This document shows positions 29,260-38,753 of a stretch of 64,000 bases of DNA, in pieces. A model generated the notes under the pieces. That model was not told where the DNA came from and made no database searches. It worked only from the letters and a program-made list of their open reading frames with translations. The stretch covers positions 320,890 through 384,889 of the forward strand of contig CAKUVI010000001.1 of NCBI GenBank assembly GCA_934699095.1. The letters are read 5' to 3'. The DNA is from an uncultured Bacteroidales bacterium. GTDB lineage: Bacteria > Bacteroidota > Bacteroidia > Bacteroidales > WCHB1-69. Position 1 is the first letter of the stretch. Every line of letters starts with the position of its first letter. Position numbers and translations under genes: made by a program.

Positions 29260-31305
29260 CTATTTTTTAAGAAATTTCTTCGTTATAACGCCGTCTTTTG
29301 TGAAGATTTTCACCAAATACAAACCTGATGAAAGGTCCGAGATGTCAAGTTTGGCATTCAGACTGTTACAAGTTGTGATATCAATGGTGCGACCGTCGAG
29401 AGTGAGCGTCTCAATTTTTTCGATAGGACTCGGGTACGCAACAGATAACACACTGTTTGCTGGGTTCGGGTAGATTGATACGCCATTCTCGAAATCGTCA
29501 ATGCCAACGTGGCTTGCAAAATACTCTGCATAGAATCCGTCAGCGGTGCCGGCTTCGTCAGACTCGAACACAACGGTCATGCGACTTGCCTCAAACACGA
29601 CTGTCGTGTCATCAATATGGCCGGTGAGCGAAAGAACTCTGTTGCCCTCGTTGATGGTGTTCTTGTAGAAATGTAGGTAGTCGTGGCCTTCTTCCAAATC
29701 CATGTTGTGGATGTTTATGATGATTGCACTGTAGGTTGTGAGCATGAGACGGTATCTGCAATACGAGAAGTTGTTGTAGTGAGCTTCTCCGCTGCCGTCG
29801 TCAAAGGAGCCTGTGGGAGCGTTGTAGATGACAATACCACCGCAAAATTCGATGTTTTTGGCTGTATAATGGGCTCTGAACCCGGTGTTCTCCGATACTG
29901 TGTCACTCGTGAAGTGCAGGGTGATTTCGGGAGATTCAACCTCTAAAACAAAGGTGCCTGTGTCGTTTGTGATGAAATGTCCGGAGTAGTTGTCTGCAGT
30001 AATCCTGAGTGTGTCACCGGCAGCGATGTGATAGTTGATTTTCAATGAGATGGATTCCAGATTCTCGGTTTCTGGAATTATGTGCCAGGTGTAGTCCATG
30101 TTCTTGGCATAGTTCTCGGCCGTCTGACTCCCATCAGTAAAGGTGCTTTCCATGGAGGTGAGGGTCTTTTCTCCTGTGACAGACTGAGGCACAGGGTATT
30201 CGTATTGTGTGGTGTCAGGATATCCGTTGATGATAAGTTCCTGTGAGAGATTGAAGTTGGAGCCGCCCACATAGAGTGAGTTGGTGTAGAAGTATCCGTC
30301 CATATAGCCGCTCCACCCGAAGTTGAAGTGGAAGTAGTAGTTGCTGTCAACCATCTTGTAGCCGTCGCAGATGAAGCCGTGGCCGTTGATGTTCGGGACG
30401 CTCCATCCGGCATAGTACATTGGGATTTTCCTTTCCAAATGACTGACAATCACGCTGTCCCAATTCACGTCTGTGGAGTCTCTGAAGAGATATTCAGTCT
30501 CAGGTGAATACTTGAAATAGGTGCGAAGCACTTTTGCAGCGCTATGGTTGTACATTCCGGAGCTGTTAGGACCATATACCATATCAACTCCCACTCCGCA
30601 GTGATAGATGAGTTTGGAGATTTCAGTGTTGATGGATGTCGGCACGTCGCACATAGCGTCATAGTTGTATGTTGCCTCGCCATAGTTCACCGACTGAACG
30701 CCGTATTGTTCGTGTGTATATGAATATTGTCCCACACCGCTTTCCGGGAACCTGAAATAGTAGATCAGCTGGCCGAGGGCGGTGGCAACGCAGCCTGTGA
30801 TTGCCCTTCCGTTAGTCCCGGCAGGGTCTTTCGGACAATAGTAGTTGTAAAACTCCGTCTGGTCCCACCTTGAGAAAACGAGCGGTTCTATCTCGGAATC
30901 ATTTCTAAAAGGCTTTCCTTCAAGTGTTTGACTCCAGATGTCCTGATTGTGTGCGTTTGTGATATTGCTTTTTTTAACATAGTCGATTTGCGAAATGTAG
31001 TTGTCAATCCACATGTTGAAAGGAGCAATGGTGTCGGTCTCATTGTAGATTTGGTGGTCGATGTAAGCGAGGACGGGCACGATGTTCTTGTCGCCGGCAA
31101 TCACCACGAAGGCGTTTTCGGCATTGAAGATGTAAAGAAGGCGGTTGTTATCGTCGCCTACAATCTTGGCGCATCTTGACAGGTGCTTGTTCTGACTTTT
31201 GAAGAACGATTCAGCCGCTTTAGAGGCATCGTCGAGACTTACATTTTGAGCGATGGAATTGAAGAAAGCGGGGATTACAAGGAGGAGTGTAAAAAGTTTT
31301 TTCAT
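29260..31305 (-). CDS. C10 (streptopain-like) cysteine peptidase with T9SS C-terminal sorting domain
   Basis: Signal peptide, an N-terminal Spi/I69-like propeptide, catalytic Cys context ITGCVATALGQLIYYF, and a C-terminal SIYPNPA...GLYLVKI...KKFLKK T9SS type A sorting domain. Confidence 0.8.
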   Translation of the reverse strand: MKKLFTLLLVIPAFFNSIAQNVSLDDASKAAESFFKSQNKHLSRCAKIVGDDNNRLLYIFNAENAFVVIAGDKNIVPVLAYIDHQIYNETDTIAPFNMWIDNYISQIDYVKKSNITNAHNQDIWSQTLEGKPFRNDSEIEPLVFSRWDQTEFYNYYCPKDPAGTNGRAITGCVATALGQLIYYFRFPESGVGQYSYTHEQYGVQSVNYGEATYNYDAMCDVPTSINTEISKLIYHCGVGVDMVYGPNSSGMYNHSAAKVLRTYFKYSPETEYLFRDSTDVNWDSVIVSHLERKIPMYYAGWSVPNINGHGFICDGYKMVDSNYYFHFNFGWSGYMDGYFYTNSLYVGGSNFNLSQELIINGYPDTTQYEYPVPQSVTGEKTLTSMESTFTDGSQTAENYAKNMDYTWHIIPETENLESISLKINYHIAAGDTLRITADNYSGHFITNDTGTFVLEVESPEITLHFTSDTVSENTGFRAHYTAKNIEFCGGIVIYNAPTGSFDDGSGEAHYNNFSYCRYRLMLTTYSAIIINIHNMDLEEGHDYLHFYKNTINEGNRVLSLTGHIDDTTVVFEASRMTVVFESDEAGTADGFYAEYFASHVGIDDFENGVSIYPNPANSVLSVAYPSPIEKIETLTLDGRTIDITTCNSLNAKLDISDLSSGLYLVKIFTKDGVITKKFLKK

Positions 31306-31328
31306 AAGATCAGATTTTGATTATGTTT

Positions 31329-32819
31329 TTAAGCGAGGCTCCATTCGGCGCCGTCTTTGGTGTCTTTCACCACAATGCCGGCGGCGTTGAGTTCGTCGCG
31401 GATTTTGTCGGAGAGTGCCCAGTTCTTTTCTGATTTGGCTGTTTTGCGCATATCGAGGATCAGCGACATGGCCTTGTCGAGTGCGTCGTGCTCGCGTGTG
31501 TCGCCTTGGGCCAATTCGGGTTTTATGCCAAGTATGTCGAAGAAGAAGGTGCGGAAGGTGGTTTTCAGCAGTTCGAGGTCATCAGCTGTAAGAGTGGCGT
31601 GGCCGTCTTTCACGGAGTTGATGATGCGTACTGCATCGAACAGTTCAGCAATCACCTTCGGGGTGTTGAAGTCGTCGTTCATGGCCTCATAGCAGCGTTC
31701 CTGCAGGGCCTCGATGTTCTCGGTGGAGGTTGAGCCTGCTTTCAAGTTGTCGAGGTGTCGTTCGGCATCGTATAGTTTCTCAAGTCCTTTCTCGGCGGAT
31801 TGAAGGGCAGCATTGCTGAAGTCCACAGTGCCGCGGTATGAGGCTTGCAAAACGAAGTAGCGGATGGTCATCGGAGAGTATGGTTTCTCCAATTTCGGGT
31901 GGTTTCCGGTGAAGAATTCGTTGAGTGTGATGAAGTTTCCGAGTGATTTGCCCATCTTTTGCCCGTCGATGGTGATCATGTTGTTGTGCATCCAATATCT
32001 CACGGAGCTGTTGCCGTTGGCCACTGTGCTTTGGCATATTTCCGACTCATGGTGCGGGAAAAGCAGGTCCATGCCGCCGCCGTGAATGTCGAATTGTTCG
32101 CCCAAGTATTTGGTGCTCATTGCGGTGCACTCGATATGCCAGCCGGGGAAACCCACGCTCCAAGGTGAGTTCCAGCGCATGATGTGCTCAGGGGATGCCT
32201 TTTTCCACAAGGCGAAATCGGCCGGATTGCGCTTTTCGCTCTGGCCGTCCAGCTCACGTGTGTTTGATATCAGTTCGCTCAGCACGCGTCCGCTCAACTT
32301 GCCGTAGCCGAAATCCCTGTCGAATTTGGCTACATCGAAATATACGGAGCCGTCGGATACGTAGGCGTAGCCTTTGTCGAGGATTTTCTGCACCATCTCA
32401 ATCTGTTCAATGATGTGGCCGGAAGCGCGCGGTTCGATGGATGGCCCCTTCACGTTGAGGGCGTCCATGGCACGATGGTAGCTGTCCATATAATATTGTG
32501 CAACTTCCATTGGTTCAAGTTGTTCCAGGCGTGCCTTCTTTGCTATCTTGTCTTCTCCCTCATCGGCGTCATGCTCAAGATGGCCAACATCTGTGATGTT
32601 GCGCACGTAGCGTACCTTGTAGCCGATGTGCGAAAGGTATCTGAAAACCACGTCGAAGGTGACCGCAGGACGCGCATGACCGAGATGCGGCTCGCCATAA
32701 ACGGTAGGACCGCACACGTAAAGGCCGACATGGTCGGGCGTCAACGGTTTGAATAGTTCTTTTCTCTTTGATAATGTGTTGTATAAGAATACTTTACCTT
32801 TATTATCTGTATTTTTCAT
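31329..32819 (-). CDS. cysS: cysteine--tRNA ligase
   Basis: HIGH-type motif ([10 protein letters not shown]) and KMSKS-type motif (KMGKSLGN). Confidence 0.95.
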   Translation of the reverse strand: MKNTDNKGKVFLYNTLSKRKELFKPLTPDHVGLYVCGPTVYGEPHLGHARPAVTFDVVFRYLSHIGYKVRYVRNITDVGHLEHDADEGEDKIAKKARLEQLEPMEVAQYYMDSYHRAMDALNVKGPSIEPRASGHIIEQIEMVQKILDKGYAYVSDGSVYFDVAKFDRDFGYGKLSGRVLSELISNTRELDGQSEKRNPADFALWKKASPEHIMRWNSPWSVGFPGWHIECTAMSTKYLGEQFDIHGGGMDLLFPHHESEICQSTVANGNSSVRYWMHNNMITIDGQKMGKSLGNFITLNEFFTGNHPKLEKPYSPMTIRYFVLQASYRGTVDFSNAALQSAEKGLEKLYDAERHLDNLKAGSTSTENIEALQERCYEAMNDDFNTPKVIAELFDAVRIINSVKDGHATLTADDLELLKTTFRTFFFDILGIKPELAQGDTREHDALDKAMSLILDMRKTAKSEKNWALSDKIRDELNAAGIVVKDTKDGAEWSLA

Positions 32820-32852
32820 GTCGGAATTTTATTATGTATTTGATTCAAATTG

Positions 32853-32860
32853 CAAAGATA
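32853..32860 (-). promoter_or_regulatory. -7 promoter box (TATCTTTG on the minus strand) for cysS
   Basis: TAnnTTTG match 34 nt upstream of the ATG at 32819. Confidence 0.5.
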
Positions 32861-32867
32861 CCACTTT

Positions 32868-34628
32868 TTAATTGAAAAGCTTCTCGATTTGTGCCTCGTA
32901 TTTTTTTAAGAGCACGTTTCTCTTCAACTTGAGGGTAGGGGTGAGCTCGCCCGACTGTATTGACCATTCGTGGTTCATCAGCAGGAATCTTTTGACTTTT
33001 TCGGTGTCGCCGAAGAACTTGTTGTAACGATCGACTATCTTTTTGTACTGTTTTTGTACTTCAGGGTGTTCAATCATCTCTTCGTTGGTGGTGTATTTGA
33101 TTCCTTTGTTGGCACACCATCCGCGAAGGTCCTGGAAGTTAGGCACTATCAAGGCGGCGGCGAATTGCTTGTTTTCGCCAACCACCAGGATGTTGTCAAT
33201 CAGCGACTCCTCTGCAAATTTGTTCTCGATGATAGTTGGGACAACATATTTGCCGAAGGCTGTTTTGAACATCTCTTTCTTTCTGCCTGTTATCTTTAGG
33301 CGTCCCTCTGGAGTGAGCTGTCCGAGATCACCTGTATGGAGCCAGCCGTCGGAGTCTATTGTCTCGGCAGTCTGTTCGGGAAGGTTGTAGTAGCCTTTCA
33401 TGACATGAGGTCCCTTGGTCAGGATTTCGCCGTCTTCAGCTATGCGTACGCGGGTGCCGGGAAGCGCCGGTCCGGCTGTGCCTATCTCCATTCCGCCTTC
33501 AAAGAAGTTGCTGACGGCAATCACCGGGGAGGTCTCTGTGGTGCCGTAGCCTTCAAGCACCGGAATGCCCATCGCCCAGAATATCTTGGATATGCGCGGC
33601 TGTATTGCCGCACCGCCGGTCACTATGACCTTGAGGTTGCCTCCAAGAGCCTTGTTCCATTGGTTGAGCACCAACTTGCGGGCCAACTTGAGCCTCCTGT
33701 CGTATTTTTTGCCTGGATTGTCGCCATATTGCAGGGCGATTTCGTTGGCCCAGAAAAATATCTTCCTCTTAGTCTTGGGTAATTTGTGCCCTGTGGCTAT
33801 TATCTTGTCGTAAACCTTCTCCAAAAGACGCGGAACAGTGGTGAAAATGTCTGGCTTGAGCTCCACCATGTTCTCCTGGATTTTGGCAAGACTCTCTGCG
33901 TAGTAAACCGGCAGACCGAGATATTGCCATGCGTAGTTCATCATGCGCTCGTAAACGTGACAGAGTGGCAAGTAGCTGAGTATTCGGTTGTTGAGACTTG
34001 TTGGGATGATGGGGAGCACGGCCTCCACATTGGAAAGGAAATTGCGGTGCGTCAACATCACGCCCTTTGGAAATCCAGTTGTACCGGATGTATAGACCAA
34101 GCTGACAACATCGTCGGGCTGTATGCTGTCTTTGATTTCCTGCAGATATTGCGGGGCCGGATTCGCCTTGCCTAATTCTATAACCTCGTTCAAATGCTTG
34201 TAGCCGAGGAGGTTGCGGAATGTATAGACATTGTCTTTCAGCTTCGGATTGTCATCTAAGATGCTCGTTATCTTTTTCAGGAGGTCCCAACCTGCCACAA
34301 ACACCAACTTCACGTCGGCGTCGTTGAAGATGTATTGGTAGTCGCTCTCGCTGATTGTGGGGTAGATGGCAACGTGTAGCGCCCCGATCTGCATGATGGC
34401 CATGTCTAAAAAGTTCCATTCCGGTCGGTTCGGGGTGATTGTGGCAACACAGTCGCCTTTTTTTATCCCTAACTGCATCAATCCGTACGACAGGTTGTTC
34501 ACTATCTGCACGTATTGTGCCGTACTGTATTTGATCCAAATGCCGTTCTCTTTACAGCATAACGCATCTTCTTTTGGGAACTCCTTGAGATCCCGTTCAA
34601 GAATGTCAAATAGTCGCGTTACTTCCAT
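32868..34628 (-). CDS. long-chain fatty acid--CoA ligase (AMP-binding family)
   Basis: AMP-binding motif YTSGTTGFPKGVMLTH and GYGTTETS. Start moved to MEVTRLF (34628) because a -7 box at 34647-34654 lies inside the longer ORF. Confidence 0.85.
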   Translation of the reverse strand: MEVTRLFDILERDLKEFPKEDALCCKENGIWIKYSTAQYVQIVNNLSYGLMQLGIKKGDCVATITPNRPEWNFLDMAIMQIGALHVAIYPTISESDYQYIFNDADVKLVFVAGWDLLKKITSILDDNPKLKDNVYTFRNLLGYKHLNEVIELGKANPAPQYLQEIKDSIQPDDVVSLVYTSGTTGFPKGVMLTHRNFLSNVEAVLPIIPTSLNNRILSYLPLCHVYERMMNYAWQYLGLPVYYAESLAKIQENMVELKPDIFTTVPRLLEKVYDKIIATGHKLPKTKRKIFFWANEIALQYGDNPGKKYDRRLKLARKLVLNQWNKALGGNLKVIVTGGAAIQPRISKIFWAMGIPVLEGYGTTETSPVIAVSNFFEGGMEIGTAGPALPGTRVRIAEDGEILTKGPHVMKGYYNLPEQTAETIDSDGWLHTGDLGQLTPEGRLKITGRKKEMFKTAFGKYVVPTIIENKFAEESLIDNILVVGENKQFAAALIVPNFQDLRGWCANKGIKYTTNEEMIEHPEVQKQYKKIVDRYNKFFGDTEKVKRFLLMNHEWSIQSGELTPTLKLKRNVLLKKYEAQIEKLFN

Positions 34629-34646
34629 AGTATATATTTTAGGGCG

Positions 34647-34654
34647 CAAAAATA
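34647..34654 (-). promoter_or_regulatory. -7 promoter box (TATTTTTG on the minus strand)
   Basis: TAnnTTTG match 19 nt upstream of the ATG at 34628. Confidence 0.5.
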
Positions 34655-34693
34655 CAAAATATATAATAACGGAGTGACATGGACAAAAGTGCT

Positions 34694-35302
34694 CTATTTC
34701 AGCAGTTTTTCCAAGTCTTTCCTTATGATGTCGGCACCGGTCGTGGGCTCGTAGCGCTTTATTACCTTGCCTTTCTTGTTGATGAGAAATTTTGTGAAGT
34801 TCCACTTTATGTCGGACGATTTGTCGTAATTAGGGTCTTGTTTGCGCATTGCGTCGTCGAGGTATTTCCCGATCGGATTGCTCAGGTCGAAGCCCTGAAA
34901 ACCCTGTTTTGCCTTCAGATATGTGAAGAGCGGGACTGCCCCGTTGCCGTTAACTTCCACCTTGTCGAAAAGAGGAAATGTGGTGTGATAGTTCAATGAA
35001 CAGAATTCCTGAATCTCGAATATGTCGCCGGGAGCCTGCCCGCCGAATTGGTTGCAGGGGAAATCCAAGACCTCAAAGCCCTTGGCCTGATATTCTGAGT
35101 ATAAATTCTGCAATTCGGTGTATTGGGGTGTGAAACCGCACTCGGTCGCAGTGTTCACTATAAGCAATACCTTGCCCTTGTATTCCGACAATGTGATCTC
35201 TCTGCCGTCGGCTTTCTTTACCTTGAAATCATAGACGTTTTTCTGTGAAAATGCAACGGCAGAAAGTGCGAAAATAGCCGTAAAGAGTAATAATCTTTTC
35301 AT
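34694..35302 (-). CDS. glutathione peroxidase
   Basis: LIVNTATECGFTPQY (peroxidatic Cys) and KWNFTKFLI motifs. Start set at MKRLLLF, which gives a signal peptide. Confidence 0.85.
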   Translation of the reverse strand: MKRLLLFTAIFALSAVAFSQKNVYDFKVKKADGREITLSEYKGKVLLIVNTATECGFTPQYTELQNLYSEYQAKGFEVLDFPCNQFGGQAPGDIFEIQEFCSLNYHTTFPLFDKVEVNGNGAVPLFTYLKAKQGFQGFDLSNPIGKYLDDAMRKQDPNYDKSSDIKWNFTKFLINKKGKVIKRYEPTTGADIIRKDLEKLLK

Positions 35303-35330
35303 AAATCTTCTTTTTTGTTGATTGATAATA

Positions 35331-35360
35331 AAAAAAGTCCCGAATGAGCGAGACTTTTTG
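35331..35360. terminator. bidirectional-looking intrinsic terminator downstream of tRNA-Thr
   Basis: AAAAAAAGTC-loop-GACTTTTT: an A-run, a stem and a T-run, so either strand sees a hairpin followed by a U-tract. Confidence 0.45.
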
Positions 35361-35381
35361 TAAATTTGCAAAGTTTTTTTG

Positions 35382-35454
<73 letters not shown>

Positions 35455-35467
35455 TTTTTTTGAGGCG

Positions 35468-35475
35468 CAAAGATA
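35468..35475 (-). promoter_or_regulatory. -7 promoter box (TATCTTTG on the minus strand) for tRNA-Thr
   Basis: TAnnTTTG match 14 nt upstream of the mature tRNA 5' end. Confidence 0.5.
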
Positions 35476-35492
35476 TAATTTTTTCGAAATAT

Positions 35493-36473
35493 ATGAGGTA
35501 TGTAACTTATTTTTTTTACTCATCGGTAATACTGACACTCATTTTCCTGTGTGTTAACCTGTTTTCATACAGCAGATATGACATTAGTATGGCAAAAGGT
35601 GACGCACCATCCAACATTGTGCGTAATTCTTCCGGCAGTTTTGAAAAACTCCCTTTCTATATGTCTCTTAACAATCTGTCCGTTGAGAAATATGGTTCCG
35701 GGAAGGAGAAAAAATTAACAGTATCCGTTTCTTTGAAATATAATGATGAGGTCGAGGATGCGAATTTCAGCCTTAACCACCCATATTATTTTCATCAATA
35801 TGGCATTTATCTGTTTGATTTTGGGAAAAACAAATCGGAAAACGATTTTGTCCATCTCAGGATTACGGAGTCGAGGTTCAGAAACTGTGTTTTTGTCGGA
35901 CTTGTGTTTATAATATTGTCCTCTTTTTGCTTGATGGCGGTGTCTATGATAGAGCTCGCAAAGCGGCGGGGCAGGTGGAGCTTTGCTGTGTTAATGATTT
36001 TGCTTGCTGGAATTGTTGTTGCTGTGATGATGAAGATGAATCCGATGATGCGTAGTGCCGAGGTGCCTCCTATTCTGCGAAGTGTGTGGTTTTTGCCACA
36101 TGTCATAGCCTACATTCTTTCCTACGCGGTGATCATTTACACATGGTTGCGGTCGGGTGTGGTGATGGTTCGTCGCACCGACAACTCAGCTACAATAGCT
36201 CTTTTTGAAACAGGTGTGGCTCTATATACAATCGGTTTGGCGTTAGGCGTCGTATGGGCCCATTATGCATGGGGCACTTTCTGGGGCTGGGATATCAAGG
36301 AGACACTTGCGCTAATAATGTGGGGGTATAGTGTCTTGGCTATGCCGATGATGCGGCGTTTGAAAGATTCACGTGTTGTCGTGTTCATGCTGATCACCGT
36401 GGCAGTTCTGTTGCTGTTGTTGTGCTGGATCGGGCCGTCGTTGCTCCACTTGGGCGGCATGCATAGCTATTAG
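35493..36473 (+). CDS. cytochrome c biogenesis CcsA/ResC-like membrane protein
   Basis: Polytopic membrane protein with the Trp-rich heme-handling motif WGTFWGWDIKETLALIMW. Start moved to MRYVTY (35493) because the longer ORF runs antisense through the tRNA. Confidence 0.7.
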   Translation: MRYVTYFFYSSVILTLIFLCVNLFSYSRYDISMAKGDAPSNIVRNSSGSFEKLPFYMSLNNLSVEKYGSGKEKKLTVSVSLKYNDEVEDANFSLNHPYYFHQYGIYLFDFGKNKSENDFVHLRITESRFRNCVFVGLVFIILSSFCLMAVSMIELAKRRGRWSFAVLMILLAGIVVAVMMKMNPMMRSAEVPPILRSVWFLPHVIAYILSYAVIIYTWLRSGVVMVRRTDNSATIALFETGVALYTIGLALGVVWAHYAWGTFWGWDIKETLALIMWGYSVLAMPMMRRLKDSRVVVFMLITVAVLLLLLCWIGPSLLHLGGMHSY

Positions 36474-36757
36474 TGTTTGTCTCATCGAAAGAATCCTCGT
36501 TCCCGTCAACAACGATTTTCCGTTGTATATCTGACGAGCTTTAACGGTTATAACCGGGAAAAACGGCATAGGTCCCGCTGCCATAGTCAACTGGCTGGTA
36601 GTGCGCCATGCGGCCTGAGCCATGCATTCGGGTGACAACGTGCTGAGCCTGCGCCGTGATGTTCGAAGGGAACGGGTGCTGCCGGCTCCGGACAGCGTCG
36701 GATAGCGATCAGAAGATCGATTTTTTCAGTTCGCCCTACGGCTCGCGGGGTCTGCCG

Positions 36758-37213
36758 TCATATCAAATCCGTCTGGAAGTTAAGCGTCTGTATCTCCATG
36801 TCTATTTGTCGTAGGCGGGCCGAGCAGTCATCTATCTGTTTGCCGAGGGCTTTAACATCAATCACAGTCACGGTTTTGATTTCCGAGCGTGAGTATCTAT
36901 CCTGTCCGGCTGAGGCAGTCTCGAAGATGCTCCGCAGCTGGCCGACGCGCATGGTCATTATGTCCTTTCGGGCCATCAGCTGAGTCAGGGTCACCCCATC
37001 GGCATTTTTGGTCTGCATGTTTGTGGCGTTGATGCGCCAGATGAGATCTTCTAATTGCACGAGACAAGCCTCGAGCTCCTTCATCAGTTCCTCGGGTTTT
37101 TCCATCGGCTGGTCGCCCTCCTGTACTTTAACATTGCTTTGAATGCGCGCACCGATCTGCTGGATGCGCTTCTGCAGGTCTTTGCGTATGCTTAATGCTT
37201 CAGCGAGTTTCAT
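36758..37213 (-). CDS. DIP1984/septicolysin-like family protein
   Basis: ~150 aa all-helical protein starting MKLAEALSIRKDLQKRI. Family assignment is from memory of this N-terminal pattern. Start set at 37213, downstream of the -7 box. Confidence 0.55.
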   Translation of the reverse strand: MKLAEALSIRKDLQKRIQQIGARIQSNVKVQEGDQPMEKPEELMKELEACLVQLEDLIWRINATNMQTKNADGVTLTQLMARKDIMTMRVGQLRSIFETASAGQDRYSRSEIKTVTVIDVKALGKQIDDCSARLRQIDMEIQTLNFQTDLI

Positions 37214-37231
37214 GTGTATCCAATTTGGCGG

Positions 37232-37239
37232 CAAAGATA
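37232..37239 (-). promoter_or_regulatory. -7 promoter box (TATCTTTG on the minus strand)
   Basis: TAnnTTTG match 19 nt upstream of the ATG at 37213. Confidence 0.5.
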
Positions 37240-37295
37240 CGCAAAAATATCGTAGATCTGTTGGAGAATACGATATGGGGAATGGCACACTGGCG

Positions 37296-37526
37296 TCATG
37301 AATGATTGTCCGGGTCTGAAGTCTCGTTCTCCGAGGAACTATCGGAGGATTTTCGATGGAGGCTTTCCGACCACCACGCCCAGATGAGGGTGAAAGTGGA
37401 ACTATAGATGAGGCTGCTGAGGATGGCCTGCCATCCTGTTTTGCTGCCGCCGATCAGGTAATACAACAGCAGACCCGCAAGGACAACCGCCCAAACAATA
37501 AGATAGCGGAGGATTTTATTTTTCAT
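37296..37526 (-). CDS. small two-TM membrane protein (76 aa), unknown function
   Basis: MKNKILRYLIVWAVVLAGLLLYYLIGG...IYSSTFTLIWAWW gives two hydrophobic helices, followed by an acidic/Ser-rich tail. Has its own -7 box at 37552-37559. Confidence 0.4.
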   Translation of the reverse strand: MKNKILRYLIVWAVVLAGLLLYYLIGGSKTGWQAILSSLIYSSTFTLIWAWWSESLHRKSSDSSSENETSDPDNHS

Positions 37527-37551
37527 AACGAAGATTTTTTCAATTACGAGG

Positions 37552-37559
37552 CAAAGATA
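37552..37559 (-). promoter_or_regulatory. -7 promoter box (TATCTTTG on the minus strand)
   Basis: TAnnTTTG match 26 nt upstream of the ATG at 37526. Confidence 0.45.
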
Positions 37560-37696
37560 ATGAATATTTCCTTGCCAGCAATAACAATTGTTTATCCATT
37601 TTTGCAACATTTTCACACATACTGAAAACGCTGCAAAAACATATATAGTGTTTTTGGATATCAATATTGATAGTATTTGTTTATGAGGATTCAAAT

Positions 37697-38749
37697 TCAC
37701 ACTAAACTTTCGTTAGTCTCACACGCCTTCATCCTGTTCTTTTGAACAGCTGCCCTACTTGTATTAGCGTAACAATAGACACACAAATGGTTACAAGTGT
37801 TGTACATACCAATGTCTTTGCTTATCATACATCCGCACACTTTTCGCTGCCCCTTGTCCTTCATCTTTTCGGGTGACAAGGCGGGTCGGCTAAAATCCAT
37901 ACCAAACAAAGAATCATTGTTGGGCAGTTCACCATAATTGAGATAATAGAGCAACTCCTTGTCGTCTGCCCAAAGGCGTTTCATCAGTTCACCGTCGATG
38001 CAGCGGTTGTGGGCGATGCCATACTTGTCGAGGTCGATGTTTTCACCGCAAGTGGCCAGTTCGATGCTCCATCCTTCCGACATCCAGCGGTCGCGGCATT
38101 TGGCGAGCCCATCGGCAATCTCGTTCATTTGCTCCAAGGTGAACTCCGCATCGGCAATGGTATCTTTTGAGAATTGGTTCGTCTCTTTCACAAGGTTATT
38201 CTGCACCTTGCGGTAGCCATTGATGTCGATAAAGCTGAAGACGAGTTTGTCCGTCAATCCTTTGAGTTTGTTGCCTAAGTTCCATATTTTTATGAGCAAG
38301 TTACGAGGCGTGAGTTGTGGCGTAACAATCAGCGGGTCGAAACGCCAGATGACACGTTCTTTGCCCACCATTTCCGTCAGTTCACGAAACGTCTGCACAC
38401 GTTGCTCCACGCTTGGCACGTTAGGTTCGAAATGCTCATTGTCGTAGTCGTTGAGGGTGAATTGGACGTAGTAATGAATGCCACGCTCATCCAATTCGTG
38501 CAACAATGGTAAAAGTGGTCGTGGATTCTTTGTCCAAAAGACTACCACTTTACAGTTTTGGAACGACACGTATGTTGGTTTCTGGTTGAACGGGTTGTAC
38601 CACACGCAATAGCCCGCCCGCAGTCTGTTAATGAACCATTTGGCATAGAACGCAGGAATGTCGGTACTCCTGCTCGCCGAAATGATGACGGGTGCGGTGG
38701 CTTCAACGGTCTGGCCTGATTGGGTGGTGATAAGGATTGTGTTCTTCAT
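37697..38749 (-). CDS. DUF1848 domain-containing protein (radical-SAM/TIM-barrel-like, C-terminal Cys cluster)
   Basis: SRSTDIPAFYAKWF near the N-terminus and the C-terminal CGCMISKDIGMYNTCNHLCVYCYAN cluster, recalled as DUF1848 hallmarks. ATG 38749 lies 4 nt after the upstream stop. Confidence 0.75.
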   Translation of the reverse strand: MKNTILITTQSGQTVEATAPVIISASRSTDIPAFYAKWFINRLRAGYCVWYNPFNQKPTYVSFQNCKVVVFWTKNPRPLLPLLHELDERGIHYYVQFTLNDYDNEHFEPNVPSVEQRVQTFRELTEMVGKERVIWRFDPLIVTPQLTPRNLLIKIWNLGNKLKGLTDKLVFSFIDINGYRKVQNNLVKETNQFSKDTIADAEFTLEQMNEIADGLAKCRDRWMSEGWSIELATCGENIDLDKYGIAHNRCIDGELMKRLWADDKELLYYLNYGELPNNDSLFGMDFSRPALSPEKMKDKGQRKVCGCMISKDIGMYNTCNHLCVYCYANTSRAAVQKNRMKACETNESLV

Positions 38750-38753
38750 AATA

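Noticed and set aside
36474-36757. A cobalamin or TPP riboswitch, suggested by local strings such as AACCGGGAAAAACGG, GGTCCCGCTGCC, GCTGAG and AAGGGAAC.
   Set aside because: The order and spacing of the conserved blocks do not fit. The B12 box GCCACTG, and the TPP ACCTGATCTGGATAATGCCAGCG core, are absent on both strands. There is also no downstream gene in the right orientation.
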